Assembly: GCF_006345805.1 (NCBI RefSeq)
Contig: NC_043003.1
Coordinates: 7,874,001-7,938,000 of the forward strand
Origin: Octopus sinensis
Lineage: Eukaryota
Length of the DNA: 64,000 bases
Direction of reading: 5' to 3'
Made by a program: the position numbers and the translations under genes. A model generated the notes under the pieces. The model was not told the DNA's origin. It was given only the letters and a program-made list of their open reading frames with translations, and made no database searches. Of this stretch, positions 62,311-64,000 are shown piece after piece. Within the stretch, counting starts at the first letter, position 1. The number at the start of each line of letters is the position of its first letter.

Positions 62311-62315
<5 letters not shown>
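61804..62315. repeat. Palindrome (~200 bp arms, ~104-nt spacer)
   Basis: TATACGGC..GGAGGGGATCAAGAGGTGG..CTTACA versus TGTAAG..CCACCTCTTGATCCCCTCC..GCCGTATA. Confidence 0.92.
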
Positions 62316-62392
<77 letters not shown>

Positions 62393-62719
62393 CTGTGTCT
62401 GTGTATGTGTGTTTTAAAAAAACATAAATTCGAAGAAGCACACTCTTAGAAGTAGAGCAGTCTATATAAATTACTGGTGAAGGCGAGTTTCTTGGGTTAC
62501 TCTGTGTTTCTCACCATAAATAGTATCTTTTGGGGTATCATCTGACCCTAAAACCTGTTGGGCTATGGCCTCTTTAACATATGAAGGGACGTCAACAGGT
62601 CTTAGGGTCTCAGATGCGCCATAAAGGTACCAGACTATTTTTAGCAAATAAAATCTGAAACCATGATCCAAGAAACTGATGGTAAATGTTTTTCATTCCC
62701 ATCGAGATTTCATCCCTAA

Positions 62720-63116
62720 CTAGCAGCATCGCCCGGCGTTGCTCGGGTTTGTAAGGGAAATAACTATATAAGCATTTTTAGAGATGTAAAGTATAATAGC
62801 CATCTCAATATGGCTAACCACAAAGGTGGGGGGGTGTTACTGTAGCTTTTTACGTTCAGAGATTTAATAATAAATTTTTAGAGAGTTACTTCCCTTATAT
62901 ATGCCAAAAATGCCTTAAAAATGGGAAAAATTGATGGTAATTTTTTTTTAATCGTAGACTCATCGTAGACACGCGCTAATACCCAGAAGGGCTCGATATG
63001 AATCACGACTATAAGATACCCGGTTTTGGTTAAACTGCACCGCAAAATGTGGGAATAGTTAGGAATCTAAATCGTAGGAGACAGACAGCACACAACCTCA
63101 CTTTTATATATAAAGA
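62720..63116 (-). mobile_element. Non-autonomous Helitron
   Basis: Same family as 37463-37859; A|TC start, CCCGAGCAACGCCGGG hairpin, CTAG|T end; no TSD. Confidence 0.85.
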
Positions 63117-63677
63117 TTAGTGGTTTGAACTTTAGCTGTTCCTTCTAGCGTAAGAGAGTCCTATGATGGATACCTCTTAATGTGTTAAAATGTACACTGT
63201 ATTACATATATATATATGTATGTATAAACAATTTTCATTTTTGTGTCGATTTTCATTGTTCATGCCTTGTCTTATTTCAGTCGCATACCCGAAAGTTTTA
63301 CTCCGAAGATATATAATATAGCATGCTGTTTGGATTGCTGTGTATTTGGTCGACTGGTTCCATGGAAACCTTTATAGTCTTCATCATTATTTTTTATTTC
63401 ACTTTCATTGTGTCAGATATTGATGTGTTGAAATATTAGTTTTGCTCCTATTGTTGTATGTTCTGAAATAATTTGTTGCTCTGTTTTGGTAGTATGTACT
63501 TTGAGCGATTCTACTTATTTTGTTTGTGATAGGTTCCCTTTTGATGCTTTCATTGCTTTCATTTAAGAAATCCTTTCTATGGTTCGTCGGTTGTGTTTGC
63601 TTCTCTTTCCGTGTGTATTGTTTGAAATATTTCAATAATTATTTTGGACGTTATTTGGACATTAATAGTTGTTGCTA

Positions 63678-64000
63678 TTAAGGCGGCGAGCTGGCAGAAT
63701 CCTCAGCACGCCGTCATTACGTTCTGAGTTCAAATTCTACCGAGGTCGACTCTGCCTTTCATCCTTTTGGGGTCGATAACTTAAGTACCAGTTGCGTACT
63801 GGGATCGATCTAATCGACTGGCCCCCGTCCTAATAATTTCAGGCCTTGTACCTAGAGTAGAAAAGAATATCTAGGTGTCTGTAAGGCGGTGAATTGGCAG
63901 AAACGTTAGTACGCCGGGCGAAATGCTTAGCAGCATTTTGACTGTCACTGCATTCTGAGTTCAAATTCCGCCGAGGTCGACTTTGCCCTTCATCCTTTCG
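63678..64000 (+). mobile_element. Two SINE family A units (second runs off the window)
   Basis: AAGGCGGCGAGCTGGCAGAATC head at ~63680 and AAGGCGGTGAATTGGCAGAAAC at ~63884. Confidence 0.88.

Overview
AT-rich, microsatellite-saturated eukaryotic DNA. The tRNA- and CORE-type SINEs and the (TAA)n-flanked Dong LINEs point to an octopus (coleoid cephalopod) genome; this is inferred from recalled repeat families, not a database search. No host protein-coding exon could be supported, and almost all listed ORFs are microsatellite translations or TE fragments. TE content: a TIR-bounded Tc1/mariner copy (1537-2826), a decayed CR1/L2-group LINE, two tandem Tx1-clade LINE copies embedded in (GATA)n, a near full-length R4/Dong LINE plus truncated copies in (TAA)n, decayed RTE and HERO fragments, non-autonomous Helitrons, more than 25 SINE copies and a 100-N gap. 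Most interesting signal: at least 7-9 sequence-unrelated minimal type-I hammerhead ribozyme (HHR) motifs, folded by hand, in short non-coding repeats. Several lie in long head-to-head inverted repeats, resembling the inverted pseudo-LTRs of Penelope-like elements (PLEs). One palindrome (55967-56248) carries two copies of an HHR whose core 3:8 pair is swapped (G3:C8). Second signal: three retroposon families each sit in a different microsatellite - Tx1 in (TATC)n, Dong in (TAA)n and an unclassified element in (CATA)n. SINE boundaries are approximate.
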